From: an uncultured virus (IMG/VR IMGVR_UViG_3300011830_000001)
Taxonomy: Duplodnaviria > Heunggongvirae > Uroviricota > Caudoviricetes
IMG/VR virus record: IMGVR_UViG_3300011830_000001
Location: 62,001-99,199 of that record
Direction: 5' to 3' (one strand)
Length of the DNA: 37,199 bases
Shown: one piece after another, positions 7,777 through 17,588 of the stretch
Position numbering within the stretch: the stretch's first letter is position 1
Layout of the letters: every line of letters begins with the position of its first letter
Position numbers and translations under genes: made by a program
The notes under the pieces: model-generated
Told to the model about the DNA's origin: nothing
What the model saw: only the letters and a program-made list of their open reading frames with translations
The model's database searches: none

Positions 7777-10700
7777 ATGCCGTCGTTACGCGGCCTGTTT
7801 AGCGGGGCGCAATCCGTCGCGGATATTATTTCGACAATAAAATCCGCGCTGGTGAAGCGTACACCCGTTGAATATGGCGTTCGAAAAACCCCAGGCGTGT
7901 CTATGGCCCGCGCCCGCAAAGAGGCCAACCAGAAGGCAATTGACCTTCTTAATACCCTGACCCCAGGCCAGGCTCTTACCGACGAACAGCGCACCATTCT
8001 GGCGGGCTATACGGGTGAGGGTGGCATTGGTGGCAGTGAATACGAGTATTACACTCCGCAGCACGTTGCCGCTGGCATGTGGGACATGATGGCGCTTTAC
8101 GGCGCGGATACCGGGAACTGCCTGGAGCCGTCCGCCGGATCGGGCATCTTCCATGAAATGAAACCGCGTGGCGTGGTGATGACCGCTACCGAGATCAGCG
8201 AGGTATCCGGACGCATCAACCAGGCGCTGCACCCGGAGGACAGCGTAAAAATCGCGCCGTTCGAAATGCTGGCCCGCAACGCGCCGGATGACACCTTTGA
8301 CAGCGTGATCGGTAATATCCCGTTTGGGGCCAGCCGTGGCGGCTTTGCCCTGTACGATAAGGACTACGCCGACGAGACGAACATGGGCGCGTACTTTATC
8401 CTGCGCACGCTGGATAAGGTCAAGCCGGGCGGTATGTCCTGCCTGATCGTGCCGTTCGGTATGACCACGGGTAGCGATTACATTAAGCTGCGCCAGCGCG
8501 TCAGCCGCCGGGCGGAATTCCTCGGTGCTCATCGCCTGCCGTCCGGCACGTTCAACGAGAACGGCACCGCTACCGCCGTTGATATTTGGGTGCTGCGCAA
8601 ACACCCGGCGGACGTCGCCGATAAAATTCTGGAGCTGGACGAACAGACCGCCGAAGGCCTGAACGTGCTTTGGCCCGAATTTATCCAGGGCTTCTGGTTC
8701 AAACGCGAAGGTCGCCGCTTCATGCACGGTGAAGAGGAATGGCTGGGGGAGGGCAAATTCCGTCGCCTGACCATCCGCAACGACCAGATCACCAACGAGC
8801 AGATGCGCCAGGCGCTGTCTGTGCGCTTTGAATCCCGCATTGATTGGGCTGGCCTGAACTCGTCAGAGCCGTCTATCAGCCGGATGCAGGAAGGGGATAA
8901 GCGTTTTATGAACGGGCAGTGGTACCGGATGGAAGCGGGCCGCATGATCGTCGATAACACCGTTAATACCCTCGACCTCGATCCGACCGTTTACGGCGTC
9001 AGCCAGTACACTGACATTAAAACCCTCTTCCGCACGCCGCAGGGCATCCTGTCCCTGTCATTTGATGCCATCCGGGCCATCGCCCGCGATTACCCCGAGC
9101 AGATCCCCGACCAGTACACCCGCCTGCTGCAATTCGCCAACCGCCAGAAGCCGAAGGCGATGGAAAAAGCCTGGCGCGGGTCGGTCATCGGCCTCCAGAT
9201 TAGCGATCTGCAAGACCTGACCGCAAACCTCGGTACCGACTCCGATAACGTTCGCAACCTGAATATCGACGTGAAGAAGCTGGTGGGCCAGGAGCTGGAA
9301 AAATACGGCAACCCGAACAGCGGCGCGAAGGTGGAGATCTCCGGTACCGGAAACGGCCCGTGGCTGCGCTACAAATCGGCGATCACCGCCAATGGCGAGC
9401 TGTCAGAGCTGGTGAAAGGGAGCCTCGACCGCACCACGGGTGAAGCCTTTGACCTGACTGACCACGCGGAGACCGTCCGGTTCCTGTTTAACGATCTCAC
9501 CCTCGACCCTGTGAGCCTGGCAGACTTCCGGCGCAACTTCCGGGGCACGCTGCCGGAGAGTGATGCCGAACTGCTGGCGATGCTGGCGGGCCACAAAGAC
9601 ATTGCGATCACCGATACGGGTGAGCTGGCCCCGTTTGACCGGGCCACCAGCGGCAATATTGCCAGCCGCCTGGCAATGCTGCGCCTGTGCCTGGTAGGTA
9701 CCGAAGATGAGCGCCTCAAAACCAACTTCCACGCGCAGATCGCTGCCATCAAGGAAAAGCGTAAATGGACTGAGGCCGACCATATCCGGTTCAAGCTAAA
9801 CAGCCGCTGGATGAATCGCCGCCTGGTGCTGGAATTCCTGCTGGATCGCGGGTACGAGGAATTTAAGTACGTTGCGGACGTCCAGGTCGAAGACGGGAAG
9901 ATGGTTTCTGACGTCAACTACACGGGCAATGACGGCGTTTTCACCGGGTACCGCTACAAGACCGTCATGGAGAAGGAGAAAGACCCGGAGGGCGGCTATA
10001 CAGGGCGTACAGTACCGGTATTCAAGGCGTACACCCCGAAAGATCCGTTTGCACGTCAGTTAGAGAACTACATCAACGGCACTACCTACAGCCGCCAGTA
10101 TGCCGACCGCATGCATGCGCTGGAGGAAGATTTCAACGACTGGATGCGCCAGCATGATGAACTGGCCTCGACCGTTGAGCAGTACAACAGCGCGTTTAAC
10201 GCCTATATCCCGTTTGAGCACTCCGGCGCGAGCCTGGAGCTGAAAGGCATTAGCGGCTCCCGCGTGCCGATGAGCTACCAGAACAGTGAGGTTCGCCGGG
10301 TATCCGAAGACGGGCGCGGGATCATTGCTTTCGGTACCGGGCTGGGTAAAACCACGACCGCGCTGGCGCTGGAGGCCTACAACTTCGAAACCGGGCGTTG
10401 CAAACGTACTGCGTATGTCGTGCCAAAAGCCGTACTGGAAAACTGGTACCACGAAGCGCAGGGCTTCTATGCGCCAGCTGTGCTGGAAAACTTCCTGTTT
10501 GTTGGCCTCAACGAGCTGCGCGACGAGTCCGGCAACATCCGGCAGGTTCCCGCCCTCGATGAGAACGGCAACCCGAAACTGGACGCCAAAGGCGAGCCTG
10601 TCATGCGTAACGCCCTGGCGCTTGCCAGCAGCGAAGAAATCAAAGAACGCATGAACATGATCCCGCAGTCGAACTATCGCGCCGTGGTGCTCACCAAAGA

Positions 10701-13700
10701 GCAATATGCCGCTATCCCGCTGCGGGATGAAACCATTGAGGCGCACGCCTCAGATATCGTGTTTGCACAGGCCGAAGCGGGGCGCGTGAACCTGAACGGC
10801 AGCAAACACCGTGACGCGGCGAAGCTCAACAGCGTTAAGGCGAAGGCCAGCGATACGGGCACCAAAAAACAGGCCGATTTCCCGTACTTCGAGGATATGG
10901 GCTTTGACAGCGTGATCGTCGATGAGGGCCACAACTACCGCAACAGCTATAGCGCCGGGCGTGAAGCCGCTGCGCTCGCGTACCTGCCGACCGGGGCACA
11001 GGCCAAAAGCGCAAAGGATATGGCGATCAAAAACGCCTACCTGATGAAGAAGTACAACGGGCGCGGGCCAGTGCTGCTGACCGCCACGCCGCTCGTTAAC
11101 AGCCCGATTGACGCGTTTAACATGCTGTCTCACGTCGTGCCAATGGAAGAGTGGAAGAAGATGGGGATCCTCACCCCTGACGATTTCGTTAAGGTATTTG
11201 GCAAGACCGCCAATGTGCTGGTGCAGAAACTCTCCGGCGCGGTCGAAGAGAAAAACGGGCTGGTGGGCTTCGAGAACCTGGATGGTCTGCGCGGCATCTT
11301 CCACCGCTGGACGACCCTGAAAACGGCGAAAGACGTCTCTGCCGAGGTCAAGATCCCGGATGTGAAGGAGATTAATCAGGTAGTGCCGATGACCGACCTG
11401 CAACGGGACACCTACGAGGAACTCCGCACCCGCGCACAATATCTGTCAGAGAACCCGCCGACCGACGCCAACGGCAATCCTACCGTGCTGCTGGACAAAG
11501 ACGGGCAGCCTATCGAGCGCGATTCTATTTTTGCGATCATCCGCGATATGGACAGGGTATGTACTGACCCGGATCTGTATTACCGGGCCATCACGTTTAA
11601 TTTCCCGCTGGCGAAACTCGATGCCGTGACGCAGCTGCGCGACGACCTGCCGAAGGCCAGCGCCGCAGAGGATGACGAGGACGGCGACGAGGGCACCGCA
11701 GGCAATACCGATATCACCCTGCGCACCGATGACGATTACGCCATTCTCCGGGTACCAGAGACGCTGGAAAAAGACGTGCTGGCCCGGCTGGAAAAATTCG
11801 GCTTGGCGCTTAAGGATGTGAGCCATCCGATCCCGCCGAAGTACGCCATGCTGATCGAGCAGCTCCGTACCGGAATGGCGAACGGAGGCAAGCAGATCGT
11901 TTTCTCTGATGAGAAAAGCCAGCATGAGAAGCTTAAGCGCATCATCGCCGCCGCGCTGCCGCTGGATGCTGACAAAATCGGGATCCTGAACGCCACCACG
12001 GTCGCCGAAGCGGGCAAGGGCAAGAAGCCGAAGCGCGTGAAAGCACCGAAGCCGCTGGGCGACGAACCGACCAGCGAACAGCTGGAGACCTACTACCAGC
12101 AGAAACAGGCCTATGACGATTATCAGGCCGCGCTGAACGAGGTTTCCCTGGGTGGGCTGGAGCAGATCGCCGCCGACTACCAGGAAGGCCGCTACCGCAT
12201 CCTGATCTGCAACAAAAAGGCCGAGGTGGGGATCAACCTGCACCAGGGCACCAGCGATATGCACCACCTTACGCTCCCCTGGACGCCAGCCAGTATCGAC
12301 CAGCGCAACGGTCGCGGCGCACGTGTGGGCGGTACTCAGGACAGCGTGAACGCGCATTACTATTGCGGGCAGGGCAGCTTTGACGAATTCCACCTGGACA
12401 CCCTGAAACGTAAACGCAACTGGATCACCGATATCCTGACCTCTAACGAGTCCGCAATGGACAACGCCGACGCCAACACCACCGCTGAAATGCAGATGAT
12501 GCTGGCGGCGAACCCGGAGGAACGCGAGCGCCGTTTCAGAGAGGAACAGGAGCGCATTGCTGCCGAGAAGCGCAGCGCCGCGCAGAAGCGTGCCCGCCAG
12601 AACCTTACGCAGTTTGCCAAAGCGAAGCACGCCGCCGCCCACGGCAACCCGGATGAGGTCAACGCGCAGATCGCCCGCCTGCAACAGAACGCTATCGATT
12701 TCCAGGCCGACCTGGAAAAGTTGCGCAGCGCATCGGGCCGATATCAGGAAGGCGTGGATAAGGCCGCAGCCAGCCTTAAAAACCAGCAGGAAAGCGACCC
12801 CCGTAGCTACCTGGTGAGCCACTACAAAGGTCAGCTCAATAACGAGAAGGCCAGCCAGCGCGAGCACTTCAAGGAGATCGACGATAAGGTTAAAGAGCTG
12901 AACGATGCCCGTCTGAGTATTACACGCCGCCAGCGTATGCTGACCCGTATCCAGAAGGCCGCAACCACGATTAAGCAGCTGCGTCCCGAGCTGGCCCGCG
13001 CTATCAAAGACGGCGTGCTGGAAGGCCTCGATATGGACATGCTGGATCATGCTGATGAGTGCTATTTCGCGCCAAACGGCAAGGTTTACCGCAAGGGCCA
13101 GGTCTGGCAGGTACCAAACAAGCCAAACCAATACGACGTGTACCGGATCCGCGCTCTGGATATTGATAACGGGATGGCGACCGTTGAGCTGCTATGGTCT
13201 GACGACCGCAGCAAACCAACCGGGAAGCGGATTCCGCTGCCGACCAGCCAGCTGGGCACCCTGACCAGCTACACCGAAGATGAAGTAACGTTTATGGCGT
13301 GGCTGCGCCGCCGGGACGGTATCCCGATGGCGGAAATCATGGAGCGCCTGAGCGAATCCGATTTCCGTAAATACCTGGCCTCCGGGGATCTGCTGATCAA
13401 CGAAACGCAGATGCTGGTTGAGACCCCGAAAGGCTTCGACAACATCAAGCTGTTTGAGAGCCAGTACCAGGGCATAGGCCGCAGCACCCGCAGCATGGTC
13501 TACGGGGCGGCGGATGCAATTACGAAAAATGCGCAATACGTGGTGTGGCCCGACGGCAATGACGATCCGCTTAAGGCCCGTCTGGCTAAGGAATTTCTAC
13601 AGAAATCGTGGCTCGACCTGGCGAAAGGCTTCTTTGTGCTGCTGTATGGCAATGACTACAAGGTCAGCATTAAGAACTTCGGCGATCAGGCCAGCCCTGC

Positions 13701-14682
13701 GGAAGTGGAGCAGATCGTAAAAGAGACCTGGGATAAAGCAGTCTCCGACATGAGCGGCACCATTCAGGGGTTTGAGCCGGACGGATCCGGGCGGGGCCAG
13801 ACAGACGCGTGGATCGTGCATCGCAGTTATGACCAGCGCCTGACTGATGGCGTCGCCGCGTACCTGCGCCGGAAATCGTGGGGCGAGCGTACCGGATACA
13901 GCAACGAAAATGACTTCATCCGGGCATACGAAACGCTTCGCGTAAACGACGTGGAGCGGATCCGCCAGGGAATGCTGGTGGCGGTCGATGAGCTGGGCCA
14001 GGAGGCTATGCGCTGGTTTGAGAAGGAAGAGGGTGCAATGCAACGCGCAGGGCTGGAGGTTGTACGCGGGCTGACGCTGCCGCGCTTCGATCTGAACTTC
14101 CTGCACGGTAAAGGCAATGACCTGCTGGCCTATGCTGAACTCTTTGCGACGGCTGCGGGCGTCGGCCTCATTGACCCGGCAACCATCGGGCCGGATTCAT
14201 TTACCGACGGTCCAGGGCTGCGCCAGCGCCAGATTCAGGCCATCAACGACGCCTACGCCGCTGAAATGGCTAAGCCGGAAGACCAGCGCTTTACAGAGAC
14301 CCGGATCCGGGTAGGGGAGATCACCGCTGCTGATGCCGCCGCTATCGTCCAGAAAGCGAAGGATGACGCGCAGGCCGAACAGGATCAGCGTGCCGCTCTG
14401 GTACAGCAAAAGACCGCTGCGATCACCAGTAAGGAAAACACCGGAGTAATGCGCTGCGGCTACGGGCGGAACAAGAAGAATTTCGACGCGGGCGAGCTGC
14501 TTTGCTTCATGGACAAAGAAGGTCTCAAAGGCGTGCTGTGCGCCCATAAGGACGTGCTTAAAGCCCAATATGGGGCGCTGTATTACAAAGGTGAGCCAGA
14601 GGACGAGTGCCCTGGTTCGTGGTGGGTTATTCCGAAGGCAAATGCCACCCTGGAACAAATCTACGGCATTCTGAACAGTTAA
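7777..14682 (+). CDS. darB: DarB antirestriction protein (adenine methyltransferase + SF2/SNF2 helicase)
   Basis: 2301 aa; EANQKAIDLLN..GYTGEGGIGGS..EYYTP, LEPSAGSG, GNIPF, Walker A GTGLGKT, DEGH, LTATP, QRNGRGAR. Confidence 0.95.
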   Translation: MPSLRGLFSGAQSVADIISTIKSALVKRTPVEYGVRKTPGVSMARARKEANQKAIDLLNTLTPGQALTDEQRTILAGYTGEGGIGGSEYEYYTPQHVAAGMWDMMALYGADTGNCLEPSAGSGIFHEMKPRGVVMTATEISEVSGRINQALHPEDSVKIAPFEMLARNAPDDTFDSVIGNIPFGASRGGFALYDKDYADETNMGAYFILRTLDKVKPGGMSCLIVPFGMTTGSDYIKLRQRVSRRAEFLGAHRLPSGTFNENGTATAVDIWVLRKHPADVADKILELDEQTAEGLNVLWPEFIQGFWFKREGRRFMHGEEEWLGEGKFRRLTIRNDQITNEQMRQALSVRFESRIDWAGLNSSEPSISRMQEGDKRFMNGQWYRMEAGRMIVDNTVNTLDLDPTVYGVSQYTDIKTLFRTPQGILSLSFDAIRAIARDYPEQIPDQYTRLLQFANRQKPKAMEKAWRGSVIGLQISDLQDLTANLGTDSDNVRNLNIDVKKLVGQELEKYGNPNSGAKVEISGTGNGPWLRYKSAITANGELSELVKGSLDRTTGEAFDLTDHAETVRFLFNDLTLDPVSLADFRRNFRGTLPESDAELLAMLAGHKDIAITDTGELAPFDRATSGNIASRLAMLRLCLVGTEDERLKTNFHAQIAAIKEKRKWTEADHIRFKLNSRWMNRRLVLEFLLDRGYEEFKYVADVQVEDGKMVSDVNYTGNDGVFTGYRYKTVMEKEKDPEGGYTGRTVPVFKAYTPKDPFARQLENYINGTTYSRQYADRMHALEEDFNDWMRQHDELASTVEQYNSAFNAYIPFEHSGASLELKGISGSRVPMSYQNSEVRRVSEDGRGIIAFGTGLGKTTTALALEAYNFETGRCKRTAYVVPKAVLENWYHEAQGFYAPAVLENFLFVGLNELRDESGNIRQVPALDENGNPKLDAKGEPVMRNALALASSEEIKERMNMIPQSNYRAVVLTKEQYAAIPLRDETIEAHASDIVFAQAEAGRVNLNGSKHRDAAKLNSVKAKASDTGTKKQADFPYFEDMGFDSVIVDEGHNYRNSYSAGREAAALAYLPTGAQAKSAKDMAIKNAYLMKKYNGRGPVLLTATPLVNSPIDAFNMLSHVVPMEEWKKMGILTPDDFVKVFGKTANVLVQKLSGAVEEKNGLVGFENLDGLRGIFHRWTTLKTAKDVSAEVKIPDVKEINQVVPMTDLQRDTYEELRTRAQYLSENPPTDANGNPTVLLDKDGQPIERDSIFAIIRDMDRVCTDPDLYYRAITFNFPLAKLDAVTQLRDDLPKASAAEDDEDGDEGTAGNTDITLRTDDDYAILRVPETLEKDVLARLEKFGLALKDVSHPIPPKYAMLIEQLRTGMANGGKQIVFSDEKSQHEKLKRIIAAALPLDADKIGILNATTVAEAGKGKKPKRVKAPKPLGDEPTSEQLETYYQQKQAYDDYQAALNEVSLGGLEQIAADYQEGRYRILICNKKAEVGINLHQGTSDMHHLTLPWTPASIDQRNGRGARVGGTQDSVNAHYYCGQGSFDEFHLDTLKRKRNWITDILTSNESAMDNADANTTAEMQMMLAANPEERERRFREEQERIAAEKRSAAQKRARQNLTQFAKAKHAAAHGNPDEVNAQIARLQQNAIDFQADLEKLRSASGRYQEGVDKAAASLKNQQESDPRSYLVSHYKGQLNNEKASQREHFKEIDDKVKELNDARLSITRRQRMLTRIQKAATTIKQLRPELARAIKDGVLEGLDMDMLDHADECYFAPNGKVYRKGQVWQVPNKPNQYDVYRIRALDIDNGMATVELLWSDDRSKPTGKRIPLPTSQLGTLTSYTEDEVTFMAWLRRRDGIPMAEIMERLSESDFRKYLASGDLLINETQMLVETPKGFDNIKLFESQYQGIGRSTRSMVYGAADAITKNAQYVVWPDGNDDPLKARLAKEFLQKSWLDLAKGFFVLLYGNDYKVSIKNFGDQASPAEVEQIVKETWDKAVSDMSGTIQGFEPDGSGRGQTDAWIVHRSYDQRLTDGVAAYLRRKSWGERTGYSNENDFIRAYETLRVNDVERIRQGMLVAVDELGQEAMRWFEKEEGAMQRAGLEVVRGLTLPRFDLNFLHGKGNDLLAYAELFATAAGVGLIDPATIGPDSFTDGPGLRQRQIQAINDAYAAEMAKPEDQRFTETRIRVGEITAADAAAIVQKAKDDAQAEQDQRAALVQQKTAAITSKENTGVMRCGYGRNKKNFDAGELLCFMDKEGLKGVLCAHKDVLKAQYGALYYKGEPEDECPGSWWVIPKANATLEQIYGILNS

Positions 14683-14715
14683 CAGGAGGGCCGGGCCATG
14701 CGCCCGGCACAAACT

Positions 14716-15153
14716 ATGGCAACACTCATTGATACCATCCAGCCGCCAGTAACCTATCTGACGGAGGCGTTACAGGACGCCATTATTGACCAGACCGAGC
14801 AGCAGTTTATGTCCCTGTGGCTTGAGAACTGCGCGAGGCGTCTCGACGGCGACCCGGCGCAATACCGCTCCTTTGGCCCGTGGTGGCCTGCCGTCAAAAA
14901 CATGCTGATTGGCGCGGAGTATAATCAGTTTGGCCTGCTGGTGGATGCGGATGTGATTGCGATCTACCACTATCCGCAGGAATCGCTTAACCTGGTGGCG
15001 GCGCACCTTTACAGTATGGAGCGTTTCGACCAGGGTTTAATTTACAGTGCACAACACCTGTTACAGGTTAATGAGACCGCAGATGACACGGAACCTTATG
15101 ACTACCAATCCTTCGATCCAGAAGTCGAATTTAGAATCTCGTCGTCAACGTAA
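14716..15153 (+). CDS. ulx: Ulx, DarB incorporation factor
   Basis: MATLIDTI..YRSFGPWWP..YSMERFDQGLIYSAQHLL matches recalled P1 Ulx; immediately after darB. Alternative start at 14698. Confidence 0.85.
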   Translation: MATLIDTIQPPVTYLTEALQDAIIDQTEQQFMSLWLENCARRLDGDPAQYRSFGPWWPAVKNMLIGAEYNQFGLLVDADVIAIYHYPQESLNLVAAHLYSMERFDQGLIYSAQHLLQVNETADDTEPYDYQSFDPEVEFRISSST

Positions 15154-15181
15154 GCTGGCAGGGCTTGAGGTACGTTACACC

Positions 15182-15391
15182 ATGCGGGCGCTTGTCGCCC
15201 GCTGTGATGAGCTGGGCTACATCTTGCGCCACAAGCGGCAAAACATGGGGTTTACGCTTCATGATAAAAACGACGAGCGCCGCTGGTGCATGGTGCTGCA
15301 CCCGACCACTCAGGAAAGTGTTAGATCTATAGTGCAGTTTAATCAACGCACATGGGACGCGGTGATCGACTGGAACATAACCCGCATTTGA
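15182..15391 (+). CDS. lxc: Lxc-like corepressor/modulator of the phage repressor
   Basis: Follows ulx as in P1; TMRAL..RRWCMV..T..WDAVIDWN resembles recalled Lxc; GAGGT RBS. Start uncertain. Confidence 0.6.
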   Translation: MRALVARCDELGYILRHKRQNMGFTLHDKNDERRWCMVLHPTTQESVRSIVQFNQRTWDAVIDWNITRI

Positions 15392-15436
15392 CCACCACCG
15401 GAAAAAGATTTAGATCTGAAAAGTTACAAAAAGAGC

Positions 15437-15466
15437 TTGCCAATCCCCTTCTGTAAACAGTACATT
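15437..15466 (+). promoter_or_regulatory. Sigma70-like promoter of the downstream operon
   Basis: TTGCCA-N18-TACATT, with ATTTAGATCT upstream and ATTTAGACC downstream. Confidence 0.65.
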
Positions 15467-15492
15467 CCTGTCTCCGGATTAATTTAGACCGG

Positions 15493-15563
15493 AAAACAAA
15501 AAGCCCACTCCGAAGAGTGGGCTTAATGAGGGACGTCCTGCAAGACGTCCGGGAATAACCGAC
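15493..15563 (-). ncRNA. Candidate ~70-nt antisense RNA
   Basis: Minus-strand promoter at 15570-15598; hairpin 15531-15550; terminator AAGCCCACTC-TTCG-GAGTGGGCTT-TTTGTTTT. Confidence 0.65.
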
Positions 15564-15569
15564 AGAAGG

Positions 15570-15598
15570 ATATTAATAATGATCGGCTTAACTGGCAA
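15570..15598 (-). promoter_or_regulatory. Sigma70-like antisense promoter
   Basis: Minus strand TTGCCA-N17-TAATAT. Confidence 0.65.
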
Positions 15599-15755
15599 TG
15601 CCAAATGCACGTCGCAAGCAACTTTTAACGTCCGCAGCCGCAAAAATCGCCTTAACGTGATCAAGAACTACGCAGGCGACTTATGCATTCTCGCTTCCGC
15701 CGTCTCTATCGCGGCACTGGTTCTTCACCTTGTCGCACTGAGCCGGGGGTACTAA
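15579..15755 (+). CDS. 58-aa peptide with C-terminal transmembrane helix (absent from ORF track)
   Basis: AGAAGGA RBS; MIGLTGNAKCTSQATFNVRSRKNRLNVIKNYAGDLCILASAVSIAALVLHLVALSRGY. Confidence 0.65.
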   Translation: MIGLTGNAKCTSQATFNVRSRKNRLNVIKNYAGDLCILASAVSIAALVLHLVALSRGY

Positions 15756-15761
15756 AACCCC

Positions 15762-15785
15762 AAAGGGAGCCAGCTGGCTCCCTTT
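15762..15785. repeat. Perfect 24-bp palindrome (hairpin or possible terminator)
   Basis: AAAGGGAGCCAG|CTGGCTCCCTTT. Confidence 0.8.
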
Positions 15786-15799
15786 CCTGTGAGGTATCC

Positions 15800-16150
15800 G
15801 TGAAAGTAGAACGGTCTCATTACTTCAACATTGTTTTCGGGAGTGTTGACAGCATATCCGGCGGTAGCTCGATTGTCTGTTTGACTACCAAATATGTGAG
15901 CCGGGGCGTGCTCAACAGCCTGCGCGAACAGCGCGGCCTGACAGAGCTTGCCCCGTTATTAGACGTTAGTTACCTGGGTTATATGTCGAAAGACGAATGG
16001 GAGAGCGAAAATTGGAACCAACCGAACAGCAGCAGCCAGAACAACAGCAAGACGACAACCTTATTCAAAAACTTATTGAAGGTATCCTCAATAAGCTTGA
16101 TCTGGCTGGTAAGCGTGTGGCTGGTGATGACCTATTTCAGGCTTTCCTGA
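15800..16150 (+). CDS. Hypothetical protein upstream of pmgS
   Basis: GAGG RBS + GTG; VSYLGYMSKDEW motif; 3' part overlaps the next ORF. Confidence 0.6.
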   Translation: MKVERSHYFNIVFGSVDSISGGSSIVCLTTKYVSRGVLNSLREQRGLTELAPLLDVSYLGYMSKDEWESENWNQPNSSSQNNSKTTTLFKNLLKVSSISLIWLVSVWLVMTYFRLS

Positions 16151-17430
16151 ACGGCGCACAATCCGATCTGACGCTGCTGGTGGCTGAGCTTAACCGCACG
16201 CTGGACGCCGAAGCCGATGCCTACAACGTGCTGGCGGATGACTATCAAGGCCTGAGTGAAGAGAACACCATTATTCATGGTCGCCTGCGTGGCATCGATC
16301 ATGAGCTGGCACTGATGGAAAACCAGTGCTTTGACATAATCCAGCAGACCAAAGAGATCGGCCTTGCCGCGCAGGCAGAGGCTCAGGCGGCGCTGGATGA
16401 AATGAGCATTGACCGCGCTAAATGGAAGGGCATGTATGAGATTCAGCAGGATAAAATGCTTACACTGCTCTCCGATTTCCGCCAGGTTAAGAACGATCTG
16501 AAAGACCTCAGAGCGATGGAGCCGGAGAAGCTGAAAAAACGCCTCGCCGAGGCCCGCGAAAAAAACACCACACTAACCAACGAAAAGAAAACGCTGTCCG
16601 CCGACAACTGCCGTTTGCAGCTTGAGCTGATCGCCATGAAGAAACGCTATGCGAAAAGTGAGGCGCGCAACGCGTATCTGAATGAAGGCGTGGACTACCT
16701 GACCCGCCGTATGACGTTGGGCGACGGTGAAATGCTGCTGGCTAAACAGGTATTCGTATCCCCGAAATATGACGATATCGAATTTTTCCTGCACGTCTTT
16801 AACTATGAGCTGAATATTCCGCTCCGCGCCGCGAAGTCCTTTGACGATATCCGCTATATCAACAATCTGGACTGTCACATGATGGCCCGTTGCAACCGGG
16901 GCTACGGCATGACCTACAGCATTACCGAGCTGGGCGTGCCTATCTGTGATGTGCCTGCGGAACTAAAAGACCACTGGCCTGAAAACATGGATCAGACCGT
17001 GGAAGACTACTTCATGGACAGGATCGAGACATTCAACCCGAAGCTGCACGAGCGCTGCATGTGGGCGCGTGAGCTGTCTGTGATGGAGCTGATTGAGCTG
17101 CCGGAAGAGGTGCGACTTAACCTTGTTGCGGGTGGCCTGGCCGACCTGGCGCACCTGAATTCGAAGTTCAAATATGAGCTGTGCAATCTGGAAGGCATCA
17201 CGGAAGCGGACGCGAACCAAATCCGTGAAGTCTGCCGCGCCTATATTACCCGCTGGGATCGTGATAACGGCGCACCGCACCTGGACAAAGCGCCGTTTGC
17301 CGAGCAGTGCGCTGACCGCCAGGCCAAAGAGCTGAAAAAAGAAAAAGAAATACTGGAGCAGATCCGCCAGGGTACTTATGACTTTGGCGAAGATGACCGG
17401 GCGGAAGAGAACGTAGAGGTCGCGGCATGA
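15997..17430 (+). CDS. pmgS: PmgS-like coiled-coil protein
   Basis: KRVAGDDL..F..AEADAYN, central coiled coil and RCMWARE..WDRDNG track recalled P1 PmgS. Possible TTG start at 16012. Confidence 0.75.
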   Translation: MGERKLEPTEQQQPEQQQDDNLIQKLIEGILNKLDLAGKRVAGDDLFQAFLNGAQSDLTLLVAELNRTLDAEADAYNVLADDYQGLSEENTIIHGRLRGIDHELALMENQCFDIIQQTKEIGLAAQAEAQAALDEMSIDRAKWKGMYEIQQDKMLTLLSDFRQVKNDLKDLRAMEPEKLKKRLAEAREKNTTLTNEKKTLSADNCRLQLELIAMKKRYAKSEARNAYLNEGVDYLTRRMTLGDGEMLLAKQVFVSPKYDDIEFFLHVFNYELNIPLRAAKSFDDIRYINNLDCHMMARCNRGYGMTYSITELGVPICDVPAELKDHWPENMDQTVEDYFMDRIETFNPKLHERCMWARELSVMELIELPEEVRLNLVAGGLADLAHLNSKFKYELCNLEGITEADANQIREVCRAYITRWDRDNGAPHLDKAPFAEQCADRQAKELKKEKEILEQIRQGTYDFGEDDRAEENVEVAA

Positions 17431-17588
17431 TTCAGTTGATTGTTTGTGTGCTGCTGGCGGCGACAATCGGCAACAGCTGGTTTGTGTGGCGGCAACTGCA
17501 TAACCGACGTGCTCAGCTTATGTTTGCGCTGGCCTGCGCGGGCTGGAGCATTCTGACCGTCTGCGCATTTGCGACGACGCTGTTATGA
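17427..17588 (+). CDS. 53-aa protein with two hydrophobic segments (absent from ORF track)
   Basis: ATGA overlaps at both ends; MIQLIVCVLLAATIGNSWFVW..LMFALACAGWSILTVCAFATTLL. Confidence 0.7.
   Translation: MIQLIVCVLLAATIGNSWFVWRQLHNRRAQLMFALACAGWSILTVCAFATTLL

Noticed and set aside
11446..13131. 561-aa and other long minus-strand ORFs inside darB and the early genes
   Set aside because: Antisense shadows of GC-rich coding frames with no motifs.
15479..15664. 61-aa minus-strand ORF as an Ibs-like toxin
   Set aside because: It runs through the antisense promoter and terminator and lacks an RBS; the + strand 58-aa ORF is better supported.
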